The notes under the pieces were generated by a model. The model was not told the origin of the DNA. It did no database searches and was given only the letters and a program-made list of their open reading frames with translations. Positions 19,997-30,235 of a stretch of 64,000 bases of DNA are shown here, piece by piece. The first letter of the stretch is position 1. Every line of letters begins with the position of its first letter. The position numbers and the translations under genes were made by a program. The DNA is from Polaribacter sp. (GTDB taxonomy: Bacteria; Bacteroidota; Bacteroidia; Flavobacteriales; Flavobacteriaceae), in assembly GCA_038123695.1 (NCBI GenBank), contig JAYPAO010000004.1, forward strand, positions 19,328 to 83,327, given 5' to 3'.

Positions 19997-20513
19997 TTAC
20001 AAGCAATTATTACCAAATATTACAACCATTATCCTCGATGTGGATGGCGTTTTAACCAATGGTTATGTTACCATTATGCCAAATGGAGAATTGGTAAGAA
20101 CTATGAATATTAAAGACGGATATGCCTTAAAAACTGCTGTGGATAAGGGATACCGCGTTTGTGTAATTTCTGGTGGGACCAATGAGGGTGTGCGCACGAG
20201 ACTAGCGAATTTGGGAATTGAGGATATTTACTTAGGCGCTCATCAGAAGATAGAACAATGGAATCTGCTGAAGAAAAAATATAAGTTAGATGCATCCGAA
20301 GTACTTTATATGGGTGATGACATTCCAGACTTACCCGTACTGATGGAGGTTGGCCTACCCTGCTGTCCAAATGATGCCGCTCCAGAAATTCAGCAGATTA
20401 GTAAATATATTTCTTACAAAAAAGGCGGAGAGGGATGTGTAAGGGATGTATTGGAACAAATTATGAGGGTTCAAGGAAAATGGACAGAAGAAACAGAAGC
20501 TAACTTTGACTAA
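19986..20513 (+). CDS. kdsC: KdsC-family HAD phosphatase (KDO-8-P phosphatase)
   Basis: LDVDGVLT, YMGDDIPD, GGEGCVRD. Confidence 0.85.
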   Translation: MNISYKQLLPNITTIILDVDGVLTNGYVTIMPNGELVRTMNIKDGYALKTAVDKGYRVCVISGGTNEGVRTRLANLGIEDIYLGAHQKIEQWNLLKKKYKLDASEVLYMGDDIPDLPVLMEVGLPCCPNDAAPEIQQISKYISYKKGGEGCVRDVLEQIMRVQGKWTEETEANFD

Positions 20514-20522
20514 ATCAAGATC

Positions 20523-20945
20523 ATGAAAAAAATCATTCTACTTTTATTAATAACTATCAATTATACCGTAAATTCCCAAACTATTTTCGGAAAATGGCAT
20601 TCTTTCAACGATGAAACACAAGAAATTGAATCAGTCATAGAAGTATACGAAAAAGACGGAAAAGCATTTGCTAAAATTATTGAAATCAAAAATCCAGATA
20701 GAAAAACAGCAGTTTGTGATATGTGCAAGGGATCAAATAAAGACAAACCAATTCTTGGTATGGAAATCCTTAGTGGTTTACAAATGAATGATGACGAATG
20801 GTCTGGCGGAAAAATTCTAGATCCTAAGAACGGTAAAGAATACAAATGCTACATCAAATTAATAGAAGATAATAAATTGAAAATCAGAGGGTATATCGGA
20901 TTTTCCTTATTAGGTAGAACCGCATACTGGCAGCGAGCAGAATAA
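20523..20945 (+). CDS. DUF2147 domain protein, secreted
   Basis: Signal peptide; WSGGKILDPKNGKEY, LKIRGYIGFSLLGRT..W. Confidence 0.88.
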   Translation: MKKIILLLLITINYTVNSQTIFGKWHSFNDETQEIESVIEVYEKDGKAFAKIIEIKNPDRKTAVCDMCKGSNKDKPILGMEILSGLQMNDDEWSGGKILDPKNGKEYKCYIKLIEDNKLKIRGYIGFSLLGRTAYWQRAE

Positions 20946-20946
20946 T

Positions 20947-21588
20947 TTATTGCTTATCTTCTAACATCGGGACGAAAGCAAAATCACCCAATTCTTTTTT
21001 ATCAAACTCAGTTGCAGATTTTCTGGTAAATAAAGTCATGATTTGTATTTCATCACCCACCGGAATTAATAGCATTCCTCCTACTTTTAATTGCGCTAAT
21101 AATGGTTTTGGAACGTAAGGCGCTCCAGCAGTCACAATAATTTTATCGAAAGGTGCTTTTTCGGCTAATCCTTTATATCCATCTCCAAAAATGAACCGTT
21201 TTGGTTTGTAACCAAGTTTCGGCAAAAATAAGGATGTCTTTTTGAATAATTCATGCTGACGTTCAATGGTATAAACTTCTGCATTCATTTCCAAAAGAAC
21301 TGCAGTTTGATAACCAGAACCAGTTCCTATTTCAAGGATCCTATGATCTTTTTGAATGTTCAAGGTCTGACTTTGAAAAGCAACAGTATAGGGTTGAGAT
21401 ATCGTTTGATTCGCAGCTATTGGAAACGCCTTATCTTGATAGGCATGTGATTCAAAACTACTATCAATAAACAAATGTCTTGGAATTTTTCGAATAGCAT
21501 TTAGCACCCCAATATCTTGAATTCCTTTACGTTCTAATACCTGAGCTAATTTGTTTCTTAATCCCTGATGTTTCGAAGTATCCCTCAA
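20947..21588 (-). CDS. pcm: Protein-L-isoaspartate O-methyltransferase
   Basis: QTISQPY, LEIGTGSGYQ, APFDKIIVTAG. Confidence 0.95.
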   Translation of the reverse strand: MRDTSKHQGLRNKLAQVLERKGIQDIGVLNAIRKIPRHLFIDSSFESHAYQDKAFPIAANQTISQPYTVAFQSQTLNIQKDHRILEIGTGSGYQTAVLLEMNAEVYTIERQHELFKKTSLFLPKLGYKPKRFIFGDGYKGLAEKAPFDKIIVTAGAPYVPKPLLAQLKVGGMLLIPVGDEIQIMTLFTRKSATEFDKKELGDFAFVPMLEDKQ

Positions 21589-21691
21589 ACTGAACCAATT
21601 TTGAACAGCTTAAAAGTACTAATAAATTAAAAGGAAAACCTATAAAATTGTATCTTTGTTCATCAAGATTTTAATCTATAAAAAATCAGCA

Positions 21692-22651
21692 ATGCTTACT
21701 ATCGGGGTTTTGGGCGCAGGTCATTTGGGGAAGATTCATCTTAAATTACTACAGCAGTCGTCAAAGTATGATTTAATTGGTTTTCATGATCCCGATAAAG
21801 AAAATGCTCAAAGGGTTTCCAATGAATTTGGATACACTTCTTTTGATGCTATTGAAGAGCTAATCGATGCTGTTGACGTTGTCGATATTGTTACTCCGAC
21901 CTTATCTCACTTCGATTGTGCCAAAATGGCCATTAAAAAGGGTAAGCACATTTTTATCGAAAAACCTATTGCAAATACCGTTTTAGAAGCTGAAGCTATT
22001 CTTACCCTTGCTAGTCAGCATGATGTCAAAGGACAAGTTGGGCATGTCGAACGATTCAATCCGGCATACACTGCTGTCAGAGAAACCATTAAAAATCCAA
22101 TGTTTATTGAGGCACATCGTCTTGCTGAATTTAATCCAAGAGGAACCGATGTTTCTGTGGTGTTGGATTTAATGATTCACGATATTGATATTATTCTTTC
22201 TGCTGTAAAATCTAAGGTTGTTGATATCCAATCAAGTGGAATTTCAGTTATTTCTGATACTCCAGATATCGCAAATTCAAGAATTACATTCGAAAATGGA
22301 TGTGTAGCCAACTTAACAACAAGTCGTATTTCTTTAAAGAATATGCGTAAGATTCGATTTTTCCAGAAAGATGCCTATGTATCAGTAGACATGCTTGAAA
22401 AAAAATCTGAAGTAGTTCGAATGAAAGATGCTCCAGAAGTTCCTGGTGACTTTGATATGATTTTAGAAAATGCGGAAGGAGTTAAAAAGCAGATTTATTT
22501 TGACAATCCGACAATCACCTCAAACAATGCTATTCTCGATGAATTGGAAACATTTGCTGATGCGATTAATACGAATACTACACCAGTGGTAACCCTAAGA
22601 CAAGGAACTGAAAACTTACGAATTGCACATCAAATAATAGATAATTTTTAA
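21692..22651 (+). CDS. Gfo/Idh/MocA family oxidoreductase
   Basis: GAGHLG, FIEKP, VGHVERFNP, DLMIHDID. Confidence 0.9.
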   Translation: MLTIGVLGAGHLGKIHLKLLQQSSKYDLIGFHDPDKENAQRVSNEFGYTSFDAIEELIDAVDVVDIVTPTLSHFDCAKMAIKKGKHIFIEKPIANTVLEAEAILTLASQHDVKGQVGHVERFNPAYTAVRETIKNPMFIEAHRLAEFNPRGTDVSVVLDLMIHDIDIILSAVKSKVVDIQSSGISVISDTPDIANSRITFENGCVANLTTSRISLKNMRKIRFFQKDAYVSVDMLEKKSEVVRMKDAPEVPGDFDMILENAEGVKKQIYFDNPTITSNNAILDELETFADAINTNTTPVVTLRQGTENLRIAHQIIDNF

Positions 22652-22658
22652 ACTTTTT

Positions 22659-23546
22659 ATGAAGAATATAGCAGTTATTGGAGCCGGAACCATGGGAAAT
22701 GGAATTGCTCATACTTTCGCACAATTTGGTTATAGTGTAAGTCTGATTGACATTTCTCAAGTCGCTCTGGATAAGGGTTTAGGTACTATCAGCAAGAATT
22801 TGGATCGAATGATTGCAAAAGAAAAAATTACAGCAGCTGAAAAGCAAAATACTTTAAGTAATATCACCACCTTTACAAGCATTCCAGACGGAGTAAAAAA
22901 TGCAGAGCTAGTCATTGAGGCCGCAACCGAAAATATGGATTTGAAAAAATCGATATTCAAGCAATTGGATGAATGTACGAATGCTGATGCAATTTTGGCT
23001 ACAAATACTTCCTCCATTTCCATTACTCAGATCGCTGCTGTAACAAACCGACCGGATAAGGTCATCGGAATGCATTTTATGAATCCAGTCCCAATCATGA
23101 AGTTGGTTGAAATTATTCGAGGCTATAATACTACGGATGCAGTTACAGAAGCAATTGTTAATGTATCAATGGATATCAAAAAGGTTCCAGTTGAGGTAAA
23201 TGACTACCCAGGATTCGTGGCCAATCGTATTTTGATGCCAATGATTAATGAATCTATTGAAACCTTATACAATGGAGTCGCTGGCGTGAAGGAAATAGAC
23301 ACGGTTATGAAATTAGGGATGGCGCATCCGATGGGTCCATTACAATTAGCTGATTTTATTGGATTGGATGTTTGCCTTTCGATTCTTCATGTGATGTATG
23401 ACGGATTTAAAAATCCGAAATACGCTCCTTGTCCTCTACTGGTAAATATGGTAACTGCCGGAAAATTAGGATTGAAATCTGGAGAAGGATTCTACGATTA
23501 TTCAGAATCTAGAAAAGCTGAGATTGTTGCTGCAATGTTTTCATAA
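22659..23546 (+). CDS. hbd: 3-hydroxybutyryl-CoA dehydrogenase
   Basis: IGAGTMGNGIA, ATNTSS, GMHFMNP, HPMGPL. Confidence 0.92.
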   Translation: MKNIAVIGAGTMGNGIAHTFAQFGYSVSLIDISQVALDKGLGTISKNLDRMIAKEKITAAEKQNTLSNITTFTSIPDGVKNAELVIEAATENMDLKKSIFKQLDECTNADAILATNTSSISITQIAAVTNRPDKVIGMHFMNPVPIMKLVEIIRGYNTTDAVTEAIVNVSMDIKKVPVEVNDYPGFVANRILMPMINESIETLYNGVAGVKEIDTVMKLGMAHPMGPLQLADFIGLDVCLSILHVMYDGFKNPKYAPCPLLVNMVTAGKLGLKSGEGFYDYSESRKAEIVAAMFS

Positions 23547-24190
23547 TGCTAAGGAATGTAATTGTCATCACCTATTTACTCCTTTGTGGGGTTAACAACG
23601 CACAAGATAAAATCAAAAAACATGTCTTAATCCCAAATTCATTGGGGATTTTGTACAATTTTACCACAGAAGATAATTTTCTTTTTAATGATCCTGATTA
23701 TCGCTATCAAGCTCATATCCTAAAAATTCAAGGATTTTATTCACTCCGAAAATGGAACAATTCTGAAGTTGAACTCATTGTTCAACCACAAATACATAAA
23801 ATACAACATCAACTTATCAATGAACAGTTTGTATTGCCATCAGAAAGTAATTACCTCCAAAAGAGATTGGAATTCACTACACCCAAAAGCATTGCTTTAG
23901 TCGGTTTAGAATTTGCCATTTCTTTTCGACAACAACTAAGCACGAAATTGAATGCAGTGTTTACCTCAGGAGTTGGAATTGCACATATAGATCGAAGAAC
24001 AGAACGATTAGCCAAAGGCTTTACCTTTATTGAAAATATATCATTAGGATTTGATTATCAGTTATTTAAAAAAATAAATATAAGCTCTTCAATGCAATTC
24101 GGTCATGTTTCAAACTTCGATATTCAACAACCGAATAGCGGCTATAGTACTATGGGATTTGAACTAGGCATTCGCTCTTTTTTGGATTGA
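23546..24190 (+). CDS. PagL-like outer-membrane acyloxyacyl hydrolase
   Basis: Signal peptide, beta-barrel pattern, C-terminal HVSN...PNSG catalytic His/Ser motif. Confidence 0.7.
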   Translation: MLRNVIVITYLLLCGVNNAQDKIKKHVLIPNSLGILYNFTTEDNFLFNDPDYRYQAHILKIQGFYSLRKWNNSEVELIVQPQIHKIQHQLINEQFVLPSESNYLQKRLEFTTPKSIALVGLEFAISFRQQLSTKLNAVFTSGVGIAHIDRRTERLAKGFTFIENISLGFDYQLFKKINISSSMQFGHVSNFDIQQPNSGYSTMGFELGIRSFLD

Positions 24191-24265
24191 TTTAAGAGAA
24201 ATTTAAGAATTGCATAATAGGTATTATCAATAGGGATTTCGTAATTTTATAAGAAATAACTATTA

Positions 24266-25207
24266 ATGACAATCACCCAACTAAAATATGTCCTTTCTGT
24301 GGCAGAGTACAAAAACTTTACTGTGGCTGCAGAGCATACCTTTGTGACGCAACCTACATTAAGTATGCAGATTCAGAAGTTAGAAGAAGAACTTGATGTT
24401 CAAATTTTTAACAGATCCAAAAAGCCAATCGAATTGACCGAACTCGGTGAAAAAATTGTAGAGCAAGCAAAGGTTATTGTAGATGAAAGTAACCGTATTG
24501 TAGATATTGTTCACCAGCAAAAAGGCTTTATTGGAGGCGATTTTAAACTAGGTATCATTCCAACAATTATGCCTACTCTGCTACCGATGTTCTTAAATAA
24601 TTTCACGAAAAAATATCCGAAGGTAAAGTTGATCATCGAGGAATTGACGACAGAAGAAATCATTAGAAAGTTATCCGATGGCCACATAGATGCTGCGATC
24701 GCCGCTACACCTTTAGAGAATGAAGCAATCAAAGAACGACCCTTATATTATGAGCCATTTGTTGGTTTAGTTCCACAAAACCATCGCCTTTTCAGTGAAC
24801 CCAATATCAATGCAGATGAACTTGAGATTGAAGATATTTTATTGCTTGAGGATGGACATTGTTTTAAGGATAGCGTGATAAATCTGTGTAGAAATCGCAA
24901 AACAGACAATAAAAAAGGCTTTCAATTGGAAAGCGGAAGCTTCGATACGCTGATTAAATTGGCTAAAGAAGGAATGGGAATGACGCTAATTCCTTATTTA
25001 CACTCTTTAGATTTATCTGATCAAGACAGACGGTTATTAAAAGAATTTCAAACACCACCTCCTGCGAGAGAAGTTAGTCTTATTTACCACAAATCGCAAT
25101 TAAAAATGCAACTCATTGAAGCGCTGAAAAAAACAATAGATGGTGTAGTTAGAGGAGCTATTTCGTTCTCGGATGTAAAAATTATTAGTCCGATCCAAGG
25201 CAAATGA
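24266..25207 (+). CDS. oxyR: LysR-type hydrogen peroxide sensor OxyR
   Basis: LysR HTH (VTQPTLSMQI) and DGHCFKDSVINLC two-Cys motif. Confidence 0.9.
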   Translation: MTITQLKYVLSVAEYKNFTVAAEHTFVTQPTLSMQIQKLEEELDVQIFNRSKKPIELTELGEKIVEQAKVIVDESNRIVDIVHQQKGFIGGDFKLGIIPTIMPTLLPMFLNNFTKKYPKVKLIIEELTTEEIIRKLSDGHIDAAIAATPLENEAIKERPLYYEPFVGLVPQNHRLFSEPNINADELEIEDILLLEDGHCFKDSVINLCRNRKTDNKKGFQLESGSFDTLIKLAKEGMGMTLIPYLHSLDLSDQDRRLLKEFQTPPPAREVSLIYHKSQLKMQLIEALKKTIDGVVRGAISFSDVKIISPIQGK

Positions 25208-25237
25208 CCTATACAAAAAAAAGCTAGGCTTCTTTTT

Positions 25238-26857
25238 TTATTGATACATTTTTGTTCTTAATTCTTTAGTTTTATTGTCTTGCAGGTAATTATCAAAGGT
25301 TGAATGCCTATCTATTATACCACTTGGTGTCAATTCAATAATTCTATTGGCAACTGTTTGAGCAAATTCATGATCATGTGTTGAAAACAAAATGGTACCA
25401 TTAAAGTTGATTAAAGAATTATTTAACGATTGAATCGATTCAAGATCCAAGTGGTTTGTAGGTTCATCCAATAATAAAATATTGGCTCTTTTCATCATCA
25501 TTTTAGACAACATACAACGAACTTTCTCCCCACCAGATAACACATTACTTTTTTTCAAAGCTTCCTCTCCAGAGAAAATCATCTTACCTAAAAAACCTCT
25601 TAAGAACACTTCTTCTCTCTCCTCCTCCGTTTGAGCATACTGTCTTAACCAGTCAACAAGGTTTAATTCGGAGTTTTGGAAGTATTCGGAATTATCAAGT
25701 GGTAAGTAACTTTGTGTGGTGGTCACCCCCCATGAATAATTTCCAGAATTAGCCATCTCTTTTTCCATTATGATTTGGAAAAAAGAGGTCACAGCCTTTG
25801 AGTTCTTAGAAATTACAGCAACCTTATCACCTCTTTGCAAATTCAAATCTACATTTTGAAATAAAGTTTCGTTATCCAGGGTCTTACTTAAATTTTCTAT
25901 GTTTAAAATTTGATCTCCGGCTTCTCGATCGCTTTTGAAAATAATGGCTGGATATCTGCGGCTCGAAGGCTTAATTTCATCAACATTTAATTTTTCAATC
26001 ATTTTCTTTCTTGATGTTGCCTGTTTTGATTTAGCAACATTCGCAGAAAACCTTCTGATGAATTCTTCAAGTTCTTTCTTCTTTTCTTCAGCTTTCTTAT
26101 TCTGTTGAGCTCTTTGTTTTGCGGCCAATTGAGAGGATTCATACCAGAATGTATAATTTCCAGAGTAATGCGTGATTTTACCGAAATCAATATCTGAAAT
26201 ATGCGTACAAACGGCATCTAAAAAGTGTCTATCGTGCGAAACAACGATGACACAGTTATCATAATTAGCCAGGAAATTTTCTAACCAACCAATAGTCTCA
26301 AAGTCCAAATCGTTGGTAGGTTCATCCATAATCAAAATGTCTGGATTACCGAATAAGGCTTGTGCCAATAATACACGTACCTTTTGTTTTCCATCCAAAT
26401 CACTCATTTGAGAGTAATGTAAATCCTCAGCAATACCTAAATTTGATAACATAGCTGCGGCTTCAGCATCGGCATTCCAACCGTCCATTTCTTCGAACTT
26501 TACTTGCAATTCACCAATTTTCTCAGCATTTTCATCTGTGTAATCAGCATAAAGTGCATCAATCTCTTTTTTAATAGTATAGAGTTCCTTATTCCCCATC
26601 ACAACGGCTTCTAAAACGGTATATTCGTCATAAGCATTATGATTTTGTTCTAAAACCGACATTCTTTTTCCTGGTTCAATATGAACTTGACCGGAAGTCG
26701 GCTCCTGTTTTCCAGAGATGATCTTTAAAAACGTTGATTTTCCTGCACCATTGGCTCCAATAATTCCATAACAATTTCCTGTTTGAAATTTGGTATTTAC
26801 TTCGTCAAATAATACGCGCTTCCCAAATTGTACAGATAAGTTCGATACTGTTAGCAT
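25238..26857 (-). CDS. ABC-F family ATP-binding protein (YbiT-like)
   Basis: Two ABC domains with linker, no TM segments; GANGAGKST, DEPTN. Confidence 0.92.
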   Translation of the reverse strand: MLTVSNLSVQFGKRVLFDEVNTKFQTGNCYGIIGANGAGKSTFLKIISGKQEPTSGQVHIEPGKRMSVLEQNHNAYDEYTVLEAVVMGNKELYTIKKEIDALYADYTDENAEKIGELQVKFEEMDGWNADAEAAAMLSNLGIAEDLHYSQMSDLDGKQKVRVLLAQALFGNPDILIMDEPTNDLDFETIGWLENFLANYDNCVIVVSHDRHFLDAVCTHISDIDFGKITHYSGNYTFWYESSQLAAKQRAQQNKKAEEKKKELEEFIRRFSANVAKSKQATSRKKMIEKLNVDEIKPSSRRYPAIIFKSDREAGDQILNIENLSKTLDNETLFQNVDLNLQRGDKVAVISKNSKAVTSFFQIIMEKEMANSGNYSWGVTTTQSYLPLDNSEYFQNSELNLVDWLRQYAQTEEEREEVFLRGFLGKMIFSGEEALKKSNVLSGGEKVRCMLSKMMMKRANILLLDEPTNHLDLESIQSLNNSLINFNGTILFSTHDHEFAQTVANRIIELTPSGIIDRHSTFDNYLQDNKTKELRTKMYQ

Positions 26858-27023
26858 GCTGTCAAAATTTTTGCAAAAGTAAGGAATAGAAATTTCTTAT
26901 AATACTTGATTTTTCAATGAATTTTTAATTTTTTTGAATATTAATTTTTGTGGAACAGATTAAAAGTATTTTAACAGCGCCTTAACAAAGTCCATTGAAC
27001 GCTTTATTTACTTTTGATTCTGG

Positions 27024-28427
27024 ATGAAAATGGATATGATGAATAAATTATTGAAAACAATACTCCTAGTATTTTCTTTGATTTTAATGGTAAGCTGTCA
27101 AAATGAAAATTCTAATGATGTAACTTATTTTGGCGGTAAAATTATCAATCCGAAAGAAGGCCATGTGATTCTCTTCTACCAAGAAAAGCCTATTGATACG
27201 CTTTATTTGGACAACGATAATAAATTCATGGGCAGTTTTGATAACGTTGAGGAAGGTCTGTATCACTTCATGCATGGCATAGAACATCAATACATTTACT
27301 TAGAACCAAAAGACAGTTTAATGCTTCGTTTGAATACCTGGGATTTTGATGAATCGCTTGTATTTGCAGGTAAAGGTGCAGAAAGAAACAATATACTTAT
27401 CGATTGTTTCCTTGCCTATGAAAAGGAAAAAAACTTTTTCTACAATGCCTACAGACATCAATCCGACGGTTTTAAAAACAAAGTGGATAGCTTGTTGAAA
27501 ACTAAGATGAAAAAATATAACGAGTTCGTGGGTAATCATCCTGAAGAAACTGAAGGCTATAAGCAAATATTAAAAATAGCACTTACCTATCCGGCATATG
27601 CAAGAATTGAGAGGTATCCGATTGCACATGTTCGATCGCATAAAAAGGATAAGTTTCCAGAAATTGATTCCTCATTTTATGCCTTTAGATCGAGTATTTC
27701 GCACAATAAATCGGATTTAATGTATTATCCTCCTTATTCAAACTATGTGAGGAATTTTTTATACAATCAAACTTATGCCTTAGGCCATAAGCCAATGCAT
27801 GATAATTATTCTCCGAAATTTACTAATGATTTGTTGGTTACTATCCATAAAAATGTTAGTTGTGAAACTACACGAAATGCCTTTTTGAAGCAGACAGTTA
27901 TCAGCCATTTTTATAATAAATCCTCTTGTGATATTAATGAAGATACATTTAATAATTATTTAAGTTTAACTTCAAATAATGACGATAAAAAGCTGATAAA
28001 TAATCTTTTAAATGACACAAGACTGGTTCGAAAAAATAAGTCTATAAGTAATTTTGTCGTTAAAGATTATAATGATATCTCAAGAAGAATTAAAGATATC
28101 ATTAAAAACAAAAACTCTTTATTATTCTTTTGGAATCCAGAGTTTGTTTCTGAAAGTTATATTGCCTCACGAATTGATTATTTGACTAACAAATACCCAA
28201 ATATCCAATTTGTGGAAATCAAAATCGATGGAAAGTCAACATCACATATTAGAAATATTGATATCAAAAATCAATTCTATTTGGACGCCAATAGTACGGC
28301 GCATTCTTTCCTATCAAGCAAATTACCTCGTTCTATTCTAGTTGATCATAATGGACTGGTTATTAATGGTTATGCATCAATCTCCTCTAAGAATGTTCAG
28401 CCCTATTTGGCATCTTTACAAAAATAA
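27024..28427 (+). CDS. Lipoprotein with degenerate C-terminal thioredoxin-like (TlpA-type) domain
   Basis: Lipobox LMVS-C; C-terminal LLFFW...PRSILVDHNG pattern without CxxC. Confidence 0.6.
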   Translation: MKMDMMNKLLKTILLVFSLILMVSCQNENSNDVTYFGGKIINPKEGHVILFYQEKPIDTLYLDNDNKFMGSFDNVEEGLYHFMHGIEHQYIYLEPKDSLMLRLNTWDFDESLVFAGKGAERNNILIDCFLAYEKEKNFFYNAYRHQSDGFKNKVDSLLKTKMKKYNEFVGNHPEETEGYKQILKIALTYPAYARIERYPIAHVRSHKKDKFPEIDSSFYAFRSSISHNKSDLMYYPPYSNYVRNFLYNQTYALGHKPMHDNYSPKFTNDLLVTIHKNVSCETTRNAFLKQTVISHFYNKSSCDINEDTFNNYLSLTSNNDDKKLINNLLNDTRLVRKNKSISNFVVKDYNDISRRIKDIIKNKNSLLFFWNPEFVSESYIASRIDYLTNKYPNIQFVEIKIDGKSTSHIRNIDIKNQFYLDANSTAHSFLSSKLPRSILVDHNGLVINGYASISSKNVQPYLASLQK

Positions 28428-28534
28428 GCTTGTAAACCAATAAGTTATACTATCTTTGCGGCTCACAAAACGTGAGTTAGTCGATTATTGGAGGTTTACA
28501 GGTGGGTATCTGTGAATCAATTAACAACACAGAT

Positions 28535-30235
28535 ATGAGTACATTTGAAAACCTTGGGCTTCAAGAGCCCATTTGTAGGGCTTTGCATGCCATTGGATAC
28601 GAGAACCCTACGCCTATTCAGGCACAGACAATTCCACAAATTTTAAGTTCAGGATCAGATTTAAAAGCATTTGCACAAACAGGTACAGGTAAAACCGCTG
28701 CGTTTAGCCTTCCTATTTTGGAGCATCTAGATACATCTAATAAGTCTGTCCAGGCAATAATTTTATCTCCAACCAGAGAACTTGCCATCCAAATTGGTAA
28801 GAATATTCAGGAATTTTCTAAATACATGCCGAAAATCAATGTTTTAACGGTTTATGGCGGTTCTAATATTGAGCAACAAATAAAAGAATTAAGACGTGGT
28901 GTTCATATTGTTGTAGGTACACCTGGTAGAACGTTAGATTTATTAAAGCGTAAATCATTGAATTTATCTAATACACGATTTGTGGTGTTAGATGAAGCCG
29001 ATGAAATGCTAAATATGGGATTTAAAGAGGATTTAGATGCCATTGTGCGGTATACCCCAAAATCAAAGCAAAGTCTCTTATTTTCAGCAACATTTCCAAA
29101 AGAAGTGGAGGAGATTGCTAAAAACTATCTTAACAATCCGATTGAAATTAGCGCTGGCCAAAAGAATACTGGAACAGCTAATGTAAGTCATGAGTTTTAC
29201 AGAGTTACGGAAAAAACAAGGTATTTGGTTCTCAAAAGAATTGTGGACCTCAACCCTGAGGTTTACGGTATTATTTTTTGTAGAACACGAAAAGATACCC
29301 AGCAAATTGCCGATAAATTAATTCAGGACGGATATAGTGCAGATGCACTTCACGGAGATTTAAGTCAATCGCAGCGAGATGCGGTTATGGCTAAATTCAG
29401 AGGAAGAAATATTCAGTTGTTAGTTGCTACGGATGTAGCTGCTAGAGGTTTGGATGTTGACAATTTAACGCATGTTATTAATCACAAACTTCCAGATCAG
29501 ATTGAAAATTACACCCATCGAAGTGGAAGAACTGGTAGAGCTGGCCGTAGTGGTCAGTCCATTATTTTGGCCAATAGAAACGAAGTTACCAAGCTAAAAA
29601 GCATTGAGCGAATTCTAAAACAACCCATTAAAGAAAGTCAGATTCCGAGTGGAGAAGAAATTTGTGAGAATCAATTAATGCATTTATTGAAAAAGGTAAA
29701 AGACAATTCTGTTGATACATCCAAAGTGAACGATTTCCTTCCACAGATTTATAATCAATTAAAAGATTTTGATCGTGAGGAATTAATCAAGCGATTCGTT
29801 GCACTTGAATTCAATACGCTTCTTCATTACTACGAGAATGCTCAGGATTTGAATGAAATGATTATTAATGATAAAGGTTCAAGAAAGAAATCTTCATCAA
29901 TGGATATGACACGATTCTTCATCAATTTAGGTCGTAAGGATCGATTGAGACCTTCAAAATTAATGGGTCTAATTAATGAGCAAGGGATTGGAAATGGAGT
30001 TGAAATTGGGGAAATCGATATTTTTGATTCTTTTTCATTCTTTGAAATTGATAAAAACTTCTCAGACCTTATTCAGTCCTCTTTTCAGAAAAACAAGCCT
30101 GTTTTCAATAATAGAAAAGCTGTAATAGAAATTACTAAAAAAGATCCTAGTAGCAAAGGCAAGCGTGGCAAGAAAAGAAGAGATCGTAAAGATAATAAGC
30201 CAACTGGTTTTGGTAGAAAGCGAAGAAGGAAGTAA
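28535..30235 (+). CDS. DEAD-box RNA helicase (DeaD/CsdA type with DbpA-like C-terminal domain)
   Basis: Q motif, AQTGTGKT, PTRELA, DEAD, SAT, HRSGRTGRAG. Confidence 0.95.
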   Translation: MSTFENLGLQEPICRALHAIGYENPTPIQAQTIPQILSSGSDLKAFAQTGTGKTAAFSLPILEHLDTSNKSVQAIILSPTRELAIQIGKNIQEFSKYMPKINVLTVYGGSNIEQQIKELRRGVHIVVGTPGRTLDLLKRKSLNLSNTRFVVLDEADEMLNMGFKEDLDAIVRYTPKSKQSLLFSATFPKEVEEIAKNYLNNPIEISAGQKNTGTANVSHEFYRVTEKTRYLVLKRIVDLNPEVYGIIFCRTRKDTQQIADKLIQDGYSADALHGDLSQSQRDAVMAKFRGRNIQLLVATDVAARGLDVDNLTHVINHKLPDQIENYTHRSGRTGRAGRSGQSIILANRNEVTKLKSIERILKQPIKESQIPSGEEICENQLMHLLKKVKDNSVDTSKVNDFLPQIYNQLKDFDREELIKRFVALEFNTLLHYYENAQDLNEMIINDKGSRKKSSSMDMTRFFINLGRKDRLRPSKLMGLINEQGIGNGVEIGEIDIFDSFSFFEIDKNFSDLIQSSFQKNKPVFNNRKAVIEITKKDPSSKGKRGKKRRDRKDNKPTGFGRKRRRK

